64,000 nucleotides of DNA from Candidatus Limnocylindrus sp. GTDB taxonomy: Bacteria > Chloroflexota > Limnocylindria > Limnocylindrales > Limnocylindraceae. The DNA is taken from NCBI GenBank assembly GCA_040397175.1, contig JBBAWM010000001.1, positions 89,976-153,975 on the forward strand, read 5' to 3'. Each line of letters starts with the position of its first letter. Position 1 is the stretch's first letter. This document shows, piece by piece, positions 1 to 12,215 of the stretch. Under the pieces are notes generated by a model. The model was not told where the DNA came from. It worked only from the letters and a program-made list of their open reading frames with translations, and ran no database searches. Made by a program: the position numbers and the translations under genes.

Positions 1-1
1 T

Positions 2-829
2 GACGCGGCGCGATCCCTTGTCGCATCGGCGCGACTCGCCTGGGCGATTGAGGGGAACTGGGCGGAGCCGATCTACCTTGCAGCGTTCCTCATCGTTCGA
101 CCACTCGCATTTCTCGGCCTTTTCCTCGCTGTCCTCGGTATTGGCGGAACACTGAACGTCGCGACGATCGGATTCGTGGTGATTGGGCAGGCCGTCTTCC
201 AGATTGTCAGCGCCGCACTTGAGGGACCAACACACGCGCTGCTCGATGACCGTGAACGCTATCGCACGATTCGCTACATCTTTGCGACACCATCGTCGCT
301 TCTCCCTGTCTCTATTGGTCGCTCGTTGGTGAAGGCCAGCATTGCGGGGTTTAGTGCGCTCATCGTGATTGGCGCAGGGATGCTACTCGGCGTGCCGATG
401 CGCGCGGGCGGACCAGATCTGCTGCTCCTCGCGGCAGTGCTGCCGCTCGGGCTCCTCTCGGTTGTTGGGCTTGGCATCGTGCTCGGTGGCGTTTGTGTGC
501 AACTCCGTAATGACGCATGGGCCTACCCGCAGGCCGTCTCATCGACGGTCTTCCTGCTCTGCGGTGCGATCTTCCCGTTGGAGGTGCTTCCAGGGCCTGT
601 GCAGAACATTGCGGTCGCACTACCGATCACCTGGTGGATTGAGGGGTTGCGCCGGGCCCTGCTCGGCACGACCTCACCAGGTATGCTCGGCGCCATGCCC
701 ACGAACGAGCTCCTCCTGATCCTTGCCGCGGGCACCATCGTGATTTGGCTCATCTCGCCACGCCTCTTTGTGGCAGGTATCGACCGTGCTCGTGAGAAGG
801 GGTATCTCGACCGGAACACCGCCTCATGA
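2..829 (+). CDS. ABC-2 type transporter permease (5' truncated by window edge)
   Basis: Frame is open from position 2; multiple TM helices; C-terminal LLCGAIFPLEVLP...LPITWWIEGLRRAL motif typical of ABC-2 permeases. Confidence 0.85.
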   Translation, partial: DAARSLVASARLAWAIEGNWAEPIYLAAFLIVRPLAFLGLFLAVLGIGGTLNVATIGFVVIGQAVFQIVSAALEGPTHALLDDRERYRTIRYIFATPSSLLPVSIGRSLVKASIAGFSALIVIGAGMLLGVPMRAGGPDLLLLAAVLPLGLLSVVGLGIVLGGVCVQLRNDAWAYPQAVSSTVFLLCGAIFPLEVLPGPVQNIAVALPITWWIEGLRRALLGTTSPGMLGAMPTNELLLILAAGTIVIWLISPRLFVAGIDRAREKGYLDRNTAS

Positions 830-1740
830 GCCGCACCCCACTAAGCGCTCGCGCCGTTGCCGAGCTTGGCGTGCTCGTGGCCATGGCAACGTGGGCGGTG
901 AACTTTACCGTCGTTAAGGCGGCAGTCCTTGCCTGGCCTGTCCTTCCATTCTCGGCGATTCGAATCACCGCCGCCGGAATCTTGGTGCTCGGTTGGGCCG
1001 CAGCGCGCGGCGCAAACTTCCGCATGGCACGCCGCGACCTCCTGGCAGCAGCCTTGTTCGGAGTCATTGGTCAGGGCCTGTATCAACTCCTCTGGGCCGG
1101 CGCGTTCGGCACCATCAATGCGGGCACGAGCGCGCTCCTCATCGCTGGTACGCCGTTCCTGACCGCCATCCTCGCCTCACTGTTGCGGATTGATCCGTTG
1201 AAGCCGGCTGTCGTAGTCGGTGGCTTAATCGCCTTTGCTGGCGTTATTGCCGTTGCCCTTGGTGAGGGAGAGGGTGCATTTGGTGGCGAGACGACCGGCG
1301 TGCTGATGACGCTCGGTGCCGCCGTCTGCTGGGCGGTCTACCTGCTCGCCGGGGCGCGCGTCATTCCACGCGTTGGTGCCATTGCGTGGACTGCGTGGAG
1401 CATGCTCTTTGGTGGGGCTGCCCTCTTCGTCTCTGCATTCGCCGCTGGGCAGCTCACTGGGCTCGTTGCGCCACCGCCGGTCGCGATCTTTGGCCTGGTC
1501 TTCGCAACGCTCGGTTCCAGCAGCCTGGCGAACGTCTTGTACTTCACCGCAGTTCCAATCGTTGGTGTCTCCCGCGTCTCCAGCTTCCAGCTGCTCGTGC
1601 CATTCCTCGCCGTCATCGTCTCAGCCATCGTGCTCAGCGAGGCCCCTGCGCCGATTCAGGCGTTCGGTGGCGCGCTCATCCTGTTGGGCATCTGGGCAGG
1701 GCGCCAAACCAACCTCCCGTTCCGCCGCCGCCTGCGATAG
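826..1740 (+). CDS. DMT/EamA family transporter
   Basis: About 10 TM helices in two EamA-like halves; ATGA overlap with upstream gene. Confidence 0.9.
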   Translation: MSRTPLSARAVAELGVLVAMATWAVNFTVVKAAVLAWPVLPFSAIRITAAGILVLGWAAARGANFRMARRDLLAAALFGVIGQGLYQLLWAGAFGTINAGTSALLIAGTPFLTAILASLLRIDPLKPAVVVGGLIAFAGVIAVALGEGEGAFGGETTGVLMTLGAAVCWAVYLLAGARVIPRVGAIAWTAWSMLFGGAALFVSAFAAGQLTGLVAPPPVAIFGLVFATLGSSSLANVLYFTAVPIVGVSRVSSFQLLVPFLAVIVSAIVLSEAPAPIQAFGGALILLGIWAGRQTNLPFRRRLR

Positions 1741-1774
1741 ACTCCGTCAGGCTCGTTCGGGGAAACCCCGAGCG
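1738..1774 (+). promoter_or_regulatory. Putative -10 box (TAGACT, 1738-1743) and 5' leader hairpin of pyrG
   Basis: TAGACT overlaps the upstream stop codon; stem CGTTCGGGG-AAA-CCCCGAGCG at 1754-1774. Confidence 0.45.
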
Positions 1775-1785
1775 CCCCACCTTGA

Positions 1786-3546
<1,761 letters not shown>

Positions 3547-3589
3547 GCGCCCATAATTGGGCCAAGCCATTGAGCATTGAGGGGGCACT

Positions 3590-4246
3590 ATGAAGTTCTT
3601 CTTGGACACCGCCGACATTGAAGAGATCAAGACGGGCATTAAGTGGGGCGTCGTTGACGGCGTCACCACGAACCCGTCGCTCTACGCGAAGGTTGGCGGC
3701 TCGTACGAGGAGATCCTCAAGGAGATCTGTGGCCTGACCAAGGGCCCGGTCTCTGCAGAAGTCATCAGCGATGACGCCGATGGCATGGTGAAGGAGGGTC
3801 TTGCCTTTGCGAAGATCGCTCCGAATATCGTCGTCAAGGTTGCCCTCACCACCGCCGGCCTTGAGGCGATCAGTCGCCTCGCCGCCGAGGGGATCAAGAC
3901 GAACTGCACCCTGATCTTCACCGCAAACCAGGGGCTCATGGCGGCAAAGGCCGGCGCCTCGCTCATCAGCCCATTCGTTGGCCGACTTGACGATATCAAC
4001 GAAGACGGCATGATCGTCATCCAGGAGCTCGCCGAAATCTTCGCGAACTACGAGGGACTCGATCACTGCGAGATCCTCGCCGCTTCGATCCGCCACCCAC
4101 GACACGTCACCGAGTCGGCACTGGCAGGGGCGCACGTTGCGACGATGCCGCTGAAGGTGTTGGAACAGATGACGAAGCACCCACTCACCGAGAAGGGGAT
4201 CGCGATCTTTAAGTCGGACTGGGCGAAGGCAACCTCCGGGAAGTAG
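3590..4246 (+). CDS. tal: Transaldolase / fructose-6-phosphate aldolase (TalC-type)
   Basis: MKFFLDTA, GVTTNPSL, NCTLIF, SPFVGRLDD and AASIRHP motifs. Confidence 0.93.
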   Translation: MKFFLDTADIEEIKTGIKWGVVDGVTTNPSLYAKVGGSYEEILKEICGLTKGPVSAEVISDDADGMVKEGLAFAKIAPNIVVKVALTTAGLEAISRLAAEGIKTNCTLIFTANQGLMAAKAGASLISPFVGRLDDINEDGMIVIQELAEIFANYEGLDHCEILAASIRHPRHVTESALAGAHVATMPLKVLEQMTKHPLTEKGIAIFKSDWAKATSGK

Positions 4247-4270
4247 TCGCGGGCCTGAATTTGCGGGCCC

Positions 4271-4299
4271 TTGACGAGCGGCAGCGCCTGCCGTAGAGT
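4271..4299 (+). promoter_or_regulatory. Sigma70-type promoter of rho
   Basis: TTGACG-N17-TAGAGT. Confidence 0.75.
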
Positions 4300-4394
4300 T
4301 CTCTCATCCCCCCCCGAACTACACAGCGAACGCGGCGCAGTTGCGCGTACCAGGGATGTATCCACCCACAGTTAGAGGAAGGTATTCAACTGAT

Positions 4395-5801
4395 ATGAAC
4401 GACGGACGAAACCGCGGCCCACGACGACCACCCCGCCGCGGCGGACCAAACCCAAACTCCATGCGCATGCCACAGGGCGCACTCCCTGCCGATGTCGAGG
4501 TGCTCTCCGAGGCCGACCTTGCTGCCGAAGGGCTCGTCTCGTTCGCCGCGCTCGCGAACATGACCGCCACCGAACTCATTGCGGCCGCCAAGAAACTCGG
4601 CGTCGTGGCCACGCAGCAAGAGGAGCTCGCCGCCGTCATTCAGAAGATCCTCACGGCGCAGGCCGACGAACAGGGTCAGATCTGGGCCGAAGGCATTCTC
4701 GAAATCGTCGATGACGGCTACGGCTTCATTCGACGCAATGGGCTACTCCCAAGTGCCGACGATGTCTACGTTCCGTCGCCAATGGTGCGCCGACTCGGCT
4801 TACGCCAGGGCGACACGATCGGTGGCGTCATTCGCGCACCGCGCGAGGGCGAGAAGTTCTGGGGGATGCTCCGCGTCGAGATCGTCTCCGGCACCGACCC
4901 AGAGTCGGCGCGACAGCGTCCGCACTTCGGCGACCTCACCCCAATTCACCCGATTGAGTTGATCAACCTCGAGACGGTTCCGTCAAACCTGTCGCAGCGA
5001 CTGATCAACTTGGTGAACCCGCTCGGTAAGGGGCAGCGCGCACTCATCGTCTCGCCGCCGAAGGCTGGTAAGACGAGCCTACTCAAGCAGATCGCCCAAG
5101 GCGTCACGGCGAACTATCCAGAGATTTCACTGATGGTCTGCCTCATTGGCGAGCGACCAGAAGAGGTGACCGACATGCGTCGCTCGGTGAAGGGCGAAGT
5201 AATCTCGTCGACCTTCGATGAGCCAACCGAGAACCACACGCATGTCGCCGAGATGGCGCTCGAGATTGCGAAGCGCCGCACCGAGGCCGGTGCCGACGTA
5301 GTCGTGCTGCTCGACTCCATCACCCGACTGGCGCGCGCCTACAACCTGGCACTGCCTCCATCTGGCCGAACGCTCTCGGGCGGTATTGACCCGATTGCGC
5401 TCTATCCACCGAAGCGCTTCTTTGGTGCCGCGCGAAAGCTGGAAGAGGGCGGCTCGCTCACCATCATCGGAACCTGCTTGGTCGACACCGGCTCGAAGAT
5501 GGACGACGTGATCTACGAAGAGTTCAAGGGGACGGGCAACTCCGAACTCGTGCTCGACCGCAAGTTGGCCGAGAAGCGCATCTTCCCGGCGATCGATGTG
5601 CAGCGCTCCGGAACCCGTCGCGAAGAGCTCCTCCTCGATGAGGGGACCCTCAAGATGGTCTGGACGATGCGCCGCATGCTCTCTGCCGTTGGCGCGAATG
5701 AGGGGATTGAGTTGCTCCTCAATCGCATCGCCAAGACGGAGTCGAACGCCCAATTCCTCGCCTCGCTCACCAAGGGAACCGAGGGGTCGAACCCCGCGTA
5801 A
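4395..5801 (+). CDS. rho: Transcription termination factor Rho
   Basis: [17 protein letters not shown]-binding domain; [17 protein letters not shown]; [11 protein letters not shown]; [13 protein letters not shown]. Confidence 0.98.
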   Translation: MNDGRNRGPRRPPRRGGPNPNSMRMPQGALPADVEVLSEADLAAEGLVSFAALANMTATELIAAAKKLGVVATQQEELAAVIQKILTAQADEQGQIWAEGILEIVDDGYGFIRRNGLLPSADDVYVPSPMVRRLGLRQGDTIGGVIRAPREGEKFWGMLRVEIVSGTDPESARQRPHFGDLTPIHPIELINLETVPSNLSQRLINLVNPLGKGQRALIVSPPKAGKTSLLKQIAQGVTANYPEISLMVCLIGERPEEVTDMRRSVKGEVISSTFDEPTENHTHVAEMALEIAKRRTEAGADVVVLLDSITRLARAYNLALPPSGRTLSGGIDPIALYPPKRFFGAARKLEEGGSLTIIGTCLVDTGSKMDDVIYEEFKGTGNSELVLDRKLAEKRIFPAIDVQRSGTRREELLLDEGTLKMVWTMRRMLSAVGANEGIELLLNRIAKTESNAQFLASLTKGTEGSNPA

Positions 5802-5887
5802 CCCTCGCACGAGGCACAACGCGTGCCAGGGGGCCCAGCTCGGCGAGGGAGCCGAGGGGTAGACTAAGGCGGAGATCGGAGGCTGGA

Positions 5888-7420
5888 ATGCCAAACACGA
5901 AACGCCAACCAACGTCCGCCCGCGGCTCCAAGCATCGCAATGTGCGTGCGGGGAGCCTCACCTTCCGCCTCGCTGCGGCCATCCGCCGTCGCCTCCTCGC
6001 CTTCGGATCGCTCCTGGAACGCAGTGGGGAGCGAGCCATTCGGTTGAGCCTCTTCCGCGCTGGGGAGTTCCTCAAGCGCCCACTACCGCGTCGGGTCCGC
6101 GTTCACCCGACCCTCGCCAATCGCACCTCGGGCCTCGCCGTGGCGGCGATCGCCCATAAGGTCACTCCGGCCCTCGAGGAGCGCGGCATCCTACGATCGC
6201 TCCGTCGCCGTCGCCGTTCCCTCGACTCCGGCCTTCGCCAACTCGGTCACGAACCAGAGCGAGCGATGCCGCTCGTGATCGCCGGACTCTTGAGCGTCGC
6301 GATTGTCGCAAGCCTGCTGCCCGGTCCGACCCTTGACGCTCGATCCCAGGCGCTGAACGACGGCGGCATGAGTGTGGCCCCGAACGCAGAGTCGGCATCA
6401 GCCTTCACCACGCCGTGGGGCGGTATTGAAAACCCAGATCGTTTTGTCGTAGACGGTGTCACCGAGATGGTCGCAGTAACCGACGGTGTGCTGATTGGGG
6501 ATATTGCGCCGGCGGGCACCTTCTCCATGCGGGCAACGGAGGTCGTTACGCAGGTTAGCGAGCCAGTGACCGCGACGACTGCAACGGATGGGCCGATCTT
6601 CCTCGACGATGGCACCCTTGAACTCCCTGCTGCGATCGACATCGTGGTTGCCGATGGGCGAGATCATGTTGCGATCCATGTGGTCACTCGTGGTGAAACA
6701 CTTGCAGCAATCGCGCGAAAACACGGCATCAACTCCATGGAGCTGATTTGGTCGAACAACCTGCAGTCGGCCGACAACCCAGCGGGCGGGAAGCGGCTTC
6801 GCGTGCCAGACACACACGGCGTCGTCGTTACGGTTCGTGAACATGAGACGCTCAAATCCATCGCATCGAAGTTTGGAGTTACCCCATCGAAGATTCGCGC
6901 GTATAACAAGCTGAAGACAGCAGACCTTGTTCTGGGCATGATCCTTGTTCTCCCGGGTGGTCGCGGCGCAGCGTTGCCGACGTTCACCCGTAAAGATGGG
7001 CTCATCGGCTATTCGGGTCCGGTGCCAAAGGTGTATAGCGGCGTCAGGTTCCGATACCCGGTTCCAGGCGGGTACTTTATTCGCGGATTCACTCGCACAC
7101 ACCTTGGAATGGATATTGGCAACAACTATGGCGCGACGGTTATTGCGGCGGGCGACGGTGTCGTGGTCTTTACGGGGTGGCGCAATAATTGCGGCGGCAA
7201 CCAGGTCATCATTGCGCACGGGTCCAATCTGTACACTGGCTACTACCACCTCTCCGGCATCGTGGCGCGCACCGGTCAAAAGGTGACGCGCGGAACTCGC
7301 ATTGGCAGAATTGGCCAAACGGGGTGTGCGACCGGCCCGCACCTACACTTCGTCGTCTCTCGAGGCTTCCCACTCGCGGGTACTTCGACGCTCTACAACC
7401 CTGTTCGTTTCCTCCCGTAG
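5888..7420 (+). CDS. Membrane-anchored LysM x2 + M23 metallopeptidase
   Basis: TM helix; HVVTRGETLAAIARKHG and VREHETLKSIASKFG LysM repeats; HLGMD and HLHF Zn ligands. Confidence 0.9.
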   Translation: MPNTKRQPTSARGSKHRNVRAGSLTFRLAAAIRRRLLAFGSLLERSGERAIRLSLFRAGEFLKRPLPRRVRVHPTLANRTSGLAVAAIAHKVTPALEERGILRSLRRRRRSLDSGLRQLGHEPERAMPLVIAGLLSVAIVASLLPGPTLDARSQALNDGGMSVAPNAESASAFTTPWGGIENPDRFVVDGVTEMVAVTDGVLIGDIAPAGTFSMRATEVVTQVSEPVTATTATDGPIFLDDGTLELPAAIDIVVADGRDHVAIHVVTRGETLAAIARKHGINSMELIWSNNLQSADNPAGGKRLRVPDTHGVVVTVREHETLKSIASKFGVTPSKIRAYNKLKTADLVLGMILVLPGGRGAALPTFTRKDGLIGYSGPVPKVYSGVRFRYPVPGGYFIRGFTRTHLGMDIGNNYGATVIAAGDGVVVFTGWRNNCGGNQVIIAHGSNLYTGYYHLSGIVARTGQKVTRGTRIGRIGQTGCATGPHLHFVVSRGFPLAGTSTLYNPVRFLP

Positions 7421-7424
7421 CGCG

Positions 7425-8816
7425 ATGTTTCTCGACGTTGTAGAGATCCAGTTGGCCGCTGGGCGTGGTGGCGACGGTGCATCGACGATGCGCCGCGAGT
7501 CCCACGTACCACGTGGTGGTCCCGATGGCGGTGACGGCGGCCGAGGCGGCAGCATCTACGTTGCGGTCGACACCGGCCAGACGACCCTGCGTGACTTTGA
7601 GGTAAAGCGTCGATACGTTGCCGGCGATGCCAGCCAAGGCGGAAACAAGACGTCGCATGGGAAGGCCGGTCGTGACCTGGTGATTGGGGTGCCACCAGGC
7701 ACGGCGATCTTCGACGCAAAGAGTGGAGACCTCATCGCCGACCTGGTCTCACGTGAGCAGCATGTCTTGCTGGTGCGCGGTGGCCGCGGGGGGCTTGGCA
7801 ATGCGCACTTCACAACGGCAACGCACCAGGCACCGCGACATGCGCAAAAAGGAGAGCCGGGCGAGCTGCGCGAAGTGCGATTCGAACTACGGCTGATCGC
7901 TGATGTTGGACTGGTCGGTTTGCCAAATGCTGGGAAGTCCACGCTCCTTGCCGCTATCACTGCGGCGCAGCCAAAGATCGGCGACTACGCCTTCACCACC
8001 CTCGAGCCGAACCTTGGCGTGCTGGAACTCGGTATCGACGATGGGCGTCGACCAACGGTTGCTGATCTCCCAGGGCTCATCGAGGGGGCATCGATCGGTG
8101 CGGGCCTCGGCTTCGCCTTCCTACGACATGCCTCTCGCACGCGCGTGCTGGTGCATGTGGTGGATGCGTCGGCTCCCGACCCGGTACGCGACGCCGCGAT
8201 CATTCGCACGGAGCTTGAGGCGCATAACCCGGCGCTCCTTGAGAAGACCACCCTCGTCGCCCTCAACAAGCTCGATCGCCCCGAGGCGAAGGCCCGCGAG
8301 GCAGAACTCACCGCTGCGTTCCGTGAGCTTGGCCTGCACGTGCTGCCGATCTCTGCCGCGGGCGGCGAACGAGGTGAGGGGATCGCGGCGCTGCGCGATG
8401 CCTTGGCCGACCTCCTACCCGACGCCGAGACGCTCTCGTACCCCGCTGAGCCGGCGGGCGTAGTCGTGCATCGCATCAACCCCATTGCCTCGGTTGGCTT
8501 TGAGGTTAGCCGCGATGGCGATGGGTTCCGTGTCCGCGGTAAGGCAATCGAGCGACTCGTGCACCAGACCGACTTTGCGCGTGAAGAATCTGCGGAGCGA
8601 TTCCAGCATGAGCTCGCGCGTCAGGGAATTGAATCTGCGCTGCGTAAGGCCGGCTGCCGCAGCGGCGACACGGTGACGATCGGTGAGCTCTCACTCGAAT
8701 GGGATGATCCTGATGACGCGTCACTGCTCAACGCGGCTGAAGAGGCGGAGGCACTTGAGCTCGATGGAGTGCTCCTCCCTGCGGCGGCGAATAACGATGG
8801 GGAGAGCGAAGGGTGA
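7425..8816 (+). CDS. obgE: GTPase ObgE/CgtA with C-terminal DUF1967-like domain
   Basis: GGPDGGDGGRGG, VGLVGLPNAGKSTL, YAFTTLEP, DLPG and NKLD motifs. Confidence 0.97.
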   Translation: MFLDVVEIQLAAGRGGDGASTMRRESHVPRGGPDGGDGGRGGSIYVAVDTGQTTLRDFEVKRRYVAGDASQGGNKTSHGKAGRDLVIGVPPGTAIFDAKSGDLIADLVSREQHVLLVRGGRGGLGNAHFTTATHQAPRHAQKGEPGELREVRFELRLIADVGLVGLPNAGKSTLLAAITAAQPKIGDYAFTTLEPNLGVLELGIDDGRRPTVADLPGLIEGASIGAGLGFAFLRHASRTRVLVHVVDASAPDPVRDAAIIRTELEAHNPALLEKTTLVALNKLDRPEAKAREAELTAAFRELGLHVLPISAAGGERGEGIAALRDALADLLPDAETLSYPAEPAGVVVHRINPIASVGFEVSRDGDGFRVRGKAIERLVHQTDFAREESAERFQHELARQGIESALRKAGCRSGDTVTIGELSLEWDDPDDASLLNAAEEAEALELDGVLLPAAANNDGESEG

Positions 8817-9490
8817 GTGGGATCGGCATCCTTGGCGGTACGTTCGACCCGATTCACGACGGCCACCTAGCCCTCGGCCAGGCCGCCTACGAATTGCTGA
8901 AGCTTGACCATGTGCTCTTCGTGCCCGCTGCCCGACCACCACATAAGGTTGCAGATCGCGTTACCGACCCCGAGGTTCGTTGTCGCATGGTCGAACTAGC
9001 CATTGCTGGGAATCCCGCATTTGAGATGAGCCGCATGGAGATCGATCGCCCCGGCCTCTCCTACACCATCGACACACTCCGCACGATTGCGGCTGATCGG
9101 CGCGAGGGCGGCGCCGCACCAGAGCTCACCCTGATCCTCTCCGTGGAGTCGCTCCTTGGTTTCAACGAGTGGGAAGATGCGACGGGAATCCTTGATCTCG
9201 CGCAGGTTGCCGCGCTGCCGCGACCCGGAACGCCAACGCCAGATCGCGCCTGGCTGACCCGCCACTTCCCCGGACGGGAAGACCGCTTCCTCTATCTTGA
9301 CGGCTTCCACCTCTCACATGCCAGCCGAGAGTTGCGTGCATTGGCGGCGCGTGGTCGGTCCTTGCGATATCTCGTACCCGATGCAGTTGCCGACTTCATC
9401 CGCCGTGAAGGGCTCTACCGCGGTCGACCTGAGCTGGTACTAGAGCGGCCCGTTGAAGTCGAAGACGTGCCCGTTGATCCAGCGTCCTAA
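8813..9490 (+). CDS. nadD: Nicotinate-nucleotide adenylyltransferase
   Basis: GILGGTFDPIHDGH, PPHK and SYTIDTL motifs; obg-nadD-rsfS synteny. Confidence 0.95.
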   Translation: MSGIGILGGTFDPIHDGHLALGQAAYELLKLDHVLFVPAARPPHKVADRVTDPEVRCRMVELAIAGNPAFEMSRMEIDRPGLSYTIDTLRTIAADRREGGAAPELTLILSVESLLGFNEWEDATGILDLAQVAALPRPGTPTPDRAWLTRHFPGREDRFLYLDGFHLSHASRELRALAARGRSLRYLVPDAVADFIRREGLYRGRPELVLERPVEVEDVPVDPAS

Positions 9491-9522
9491 TCGCGCAACC
9501 GCGAGTGCGGTACGCTGAGAGC

Positions 9523-9891
9523 ATGTCGACCAAACAGCAAACTGCCATTGAGCCGCACGACCTTGCGCGAAAGGTTGCCCTCCTTGCAGAGGAGAAGAAG
9601 GCAGCAGACATCCTCGTCTTAGACGTGAGCGGCCTGACTACCGTGACGGAGGCGTTTGTTATTTGTACCGGCGGCTCTGAACCGCAACTCGCGGCAATCA
9701 CGGAGAGCATCGTGAGCGGCATGGCAGAAGACGGCATCACGCCTGCACATCGCCATCGGGCCGCTGCATCACATTGGATTGTGCTGGATTACGGAAGCGT
9801 CATCGTGCACATCTTTACACCGCCAGAGCGTGACTTTTATAAGCTGGAACAGCTCTGGTCTGATGCGAAGGTGCTCGTCCGAATCCAGTAG
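9523..9891 (+). CDS. rsfS: Ribosome silencing factor
   Basis: EKKAADILVLDV, WIVLDYGSVIVHIF and RDFYKLEQLW motifs. Confidence 0.95.
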   Translation: MSTKQQTAIEPHDLARKVALLAEEKKAADILVLDVSGLTTVTEAFVICTGGSEPQLAAITESIVSGMAEDGITPAHRHRAAASHWIVLDYGSVIVHIFTPPERDFYKLEQLWSDAKVLVRIQ

Positions 9892-9893
9892 TC

Positions 9894-10865
9894 CTACTTC
9901 GGGAGAAGGCTCTTTACAATTCGATTGATGTCGCTCTGCCGTGGGCGCCACCTCAACGTGCTCTGCGCCCGTGAGATGTCGGCCACGAGTCGTGGCGGAT
10001 CACCAACACGGCGTGGGTGCTCGTGCACCTCAATGCGATTCCCCGAGGCCTTCTCGATGGCCTTGATCACCTCGCGAATACTCGTGCCGGCGCCGCTACC
10101 GATGTTGATTGCGCTAAAGCCTTGCGAGCCTTCGGTGGCGAGTTTCTCGACGGCAGCGAGGTGGGCCGCAGCAACGTCGGCAACATGGACATAGTCACGG
10201 ATCGCGGTGCGGTCTGGTGTGGTGTAGTCGTTGCCATACAGCGCGAAGGGCTCCCCCGTTTGGGCTGCGGTCATGAGTCGTGGCAGCAGGTGCGTTTCAG
10301 GGCTGTGGCGCTCCACCACTCGATCTGTCGCCCCAGCGACGTTGAAGTAGCGCAGCGCGATTGACTCGAGGCCGTGTGCCTGGGCATACGCACGGAGTAC
10401 CTGCTCGAAGGCGGCCTTCGTTGCTCCATATGGATTGATCGGCGCGAGCGGGAGCTCCTCGTGGATCACGCTCGAAGAGGGTGCACCGTACACCGCGGCA
10501 CTCGACGAGAAGATCAGGCGCTTCACGCCCACGGCGATTGCCGCGTCGAGGAGTGCGATGCTGCCAACAAGATTGGTCTTGAAGTAGCGCTCCGGCTGCG
10601 CCACGCTCTCGGCAACGATGCTCAGCGCTCCGATATGCAGGATCGTGTCGATTCGCGCGTCGCGCAGCACGCTCTGCATCCGATCCCCATCGGCGTAGCT
10701 GGCGATAACAGACGACGTCTCATTTGGAATCATGTTGGCGTGCCCAACCGAGAGGTCATCCAAGATGACGACGCGATGACCCGCTTCGATTAGTACGTCA
10801 ACGCTCGCGGAGCCGATGTATCCAGCCCCACCTGTCACCAAGATCGTGCGCGGCTCCATCGTCAT
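9894..10865 (-). CDS. galE: UDP-glucose 4-epimerase
   Basis: TGGAGYIGS, FSSSAAVYG, PINPYGATK, LRYFNVAGA and RDYVHV motifs. Confidence 0.93.
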   Translation of the reverse strand: MTMEPRTILVTGGAGYIGSASVDVLIEAGHRVVILDDLSVGHANMIPNETSSVIASYADGDRMQSVLRDARIDTILHIGALSIVAESVAQPERYFKTNLVGSIALLDAAIAVGVKRLIFSSSAAVYGAPSSSVIHEELPLAPINPYGATKAAFEQVLRAYAQAHGLESIALRYFNVAGATDRVVERHSPETHLLPRLMTAAQTGEPFALYGNDYTTPDRTAIRDYVHVADVAAAHLAAVEKLATEGSQGFSAINIGSGAGTSIREVIKAIEKASGNRIEVHEHPRRVGDPPRLVADISRAQSTLRWRPRQSDINRIVKSLLPK

Positions 10866-10874
10866 GGAGAGAGT

Positions 10875-12215
10875 CTAGGCGATGGAGTCGCGCCCTTCAC
10901 GATCGGCGACGCGATCACACCACGCCAGAAGGTCACCCTCTATGTTGGGCACGCGACCGCGAGCGGTGTCATCAACCAGGCGCGCGAGGAGTGCTGCGAC
11001 CCATGGACCAGGGGCGCGACCGAGTCGAGCAACCAGCGCATCACCCCCAACGGCGAGATTGCTCGCCGAGGCAGGAATCTGCTGTGCGTCACCATCTGTG
11101 CACGATGTGAGGAGCGCAGCCGCGGTGCCATTCGCCCGACCCGCGGCGATCCGACGACGAATCTGTCGTGCCGCATCCCGTGGGTCACCGGTGGTGGCGG
11201 CAGCGACGATGCGCAGCGCGGTCCCATCGAGTTGACCTCGCTCCGCCGCGCTCTCCGCAGCTGCCACGGCACGATCAAGAGCGCGAATCTGCTGAATTGC
11301 CGCAATCGTTGCGCGTGGACGTCGCCAAGATTCGAGGAGCGCCGCCACGTCGTCATCGTCGGTGATCGGTAGCAGCAGTTCATTCATGCGCCCCAACGGA
11401 TCTGGCGCATCGGGAAGCTCTCGACCGCCGATCGATTCGACCCGCATGCCAACCTCCGGGCTCCATTCAGCAGCGAGTGCGGGCGCAATAGCGGCAAGGA
11501 TCCCAAGATCTGCAGCGAGTTGTACGGCGTGCGCCGGGAGTTTCGCGGCAAGGATCCCGTCGATCTCTGCGCCGATCCGCTCCCCGGAGAGGCGCGCCGC
11601 GAGTGGAGCATCGTGCTGAATCGCTGCGGCTGTTGCCGGTTCGAGCGTGAGGCCGAATCTCGCGACAAATCGAATCGCGCGAAGCATGCGCAGCGCATCT
11701 TCAATAAAGCGCTCCGACGGATCTCCAACGGCACGAAGCAGGCTGTTCGCCAGATCGTCGATGCCACCGTGAGGATCGATGATGGCTCCATCAGCGACCG
11801 GATCGGCGCGGCGGCTCGCCTCAGGGGCGAGGCCGTAGGCGATCGCGTTCATCGTAAAGTCTCGTCGCGCAAGGTCGCCCTCGATGCGCGCAAGGAAGGT
11901 CACCTCGTCGGGGCGACGTCCATCGCTACTGCCGCTGTCGGCACGAAACGTGGTGATCTCGCGCACGGTGGCGTCACTCGTTGGCACTCCGACCGTGCCG
12001 AATCGATTCTCATACCGTGCGTTTGGGAAGATGCTGCGCATCTGCTCTGGCGTCGCCTCGGTGGCAAGATCCCAGTCGACGGGAGTGCGCCCAGCGATCA
12101 CATCGCGGATTGCGCCACCAACAACGTATGCGCCAAAACCCGCGGCACGCAGCGCGCGCAACAGATCGGCCACATCGCGAGGGATGGCGGCGCGAACCGC
12201 CGCCGCGGGGGTCAC
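10875..12215 (-). CDS. cca: Class II tRNA nucleotidyltransferase (CCA-adding family, no HD domain)
   Basis: VGGAIRD, DWDLAT, DLARRDFTMNA and EDALRMLRAIRF motifs. Confidence 0.88.
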   Translation of the reverse strand: MTPAAAVRAAIPRDVADLLRALRAAGFGAYVVGGAIRDVIAGRTPVDWDLATEATPEQMRSIFPNARYENRFGTVGVPTSDATVREITTFRADSGSSDGRRPDEVTFLARIEGDLARRDFTMNAIAYGLAPEASRRADPVADGAIIDPHGGIDDLANSLLRAVGDPSERFIEDALRMLRAIRFVARFGLTLEPATAAAIQHDAPLAARLSGERIGAEIDGILAAKLPAHAVQLAADLGILAAIAPALAAEWSPEVGMRVESIGGRELPDAPDPLGRMNELLLPITDDDDVAALLESWRRPRATIAAIQQIRALDRAVAAAESAAERGQLDGTALRIVAAATTGDPRDAARQIRRRIAAGRANGTAAALLTSCTDGDAQQIPASASNLAVGGDALVARLGRAPGPWVAALLARLVDDTARGRVPNIEGDLLAWCDRVADREGRDSIA

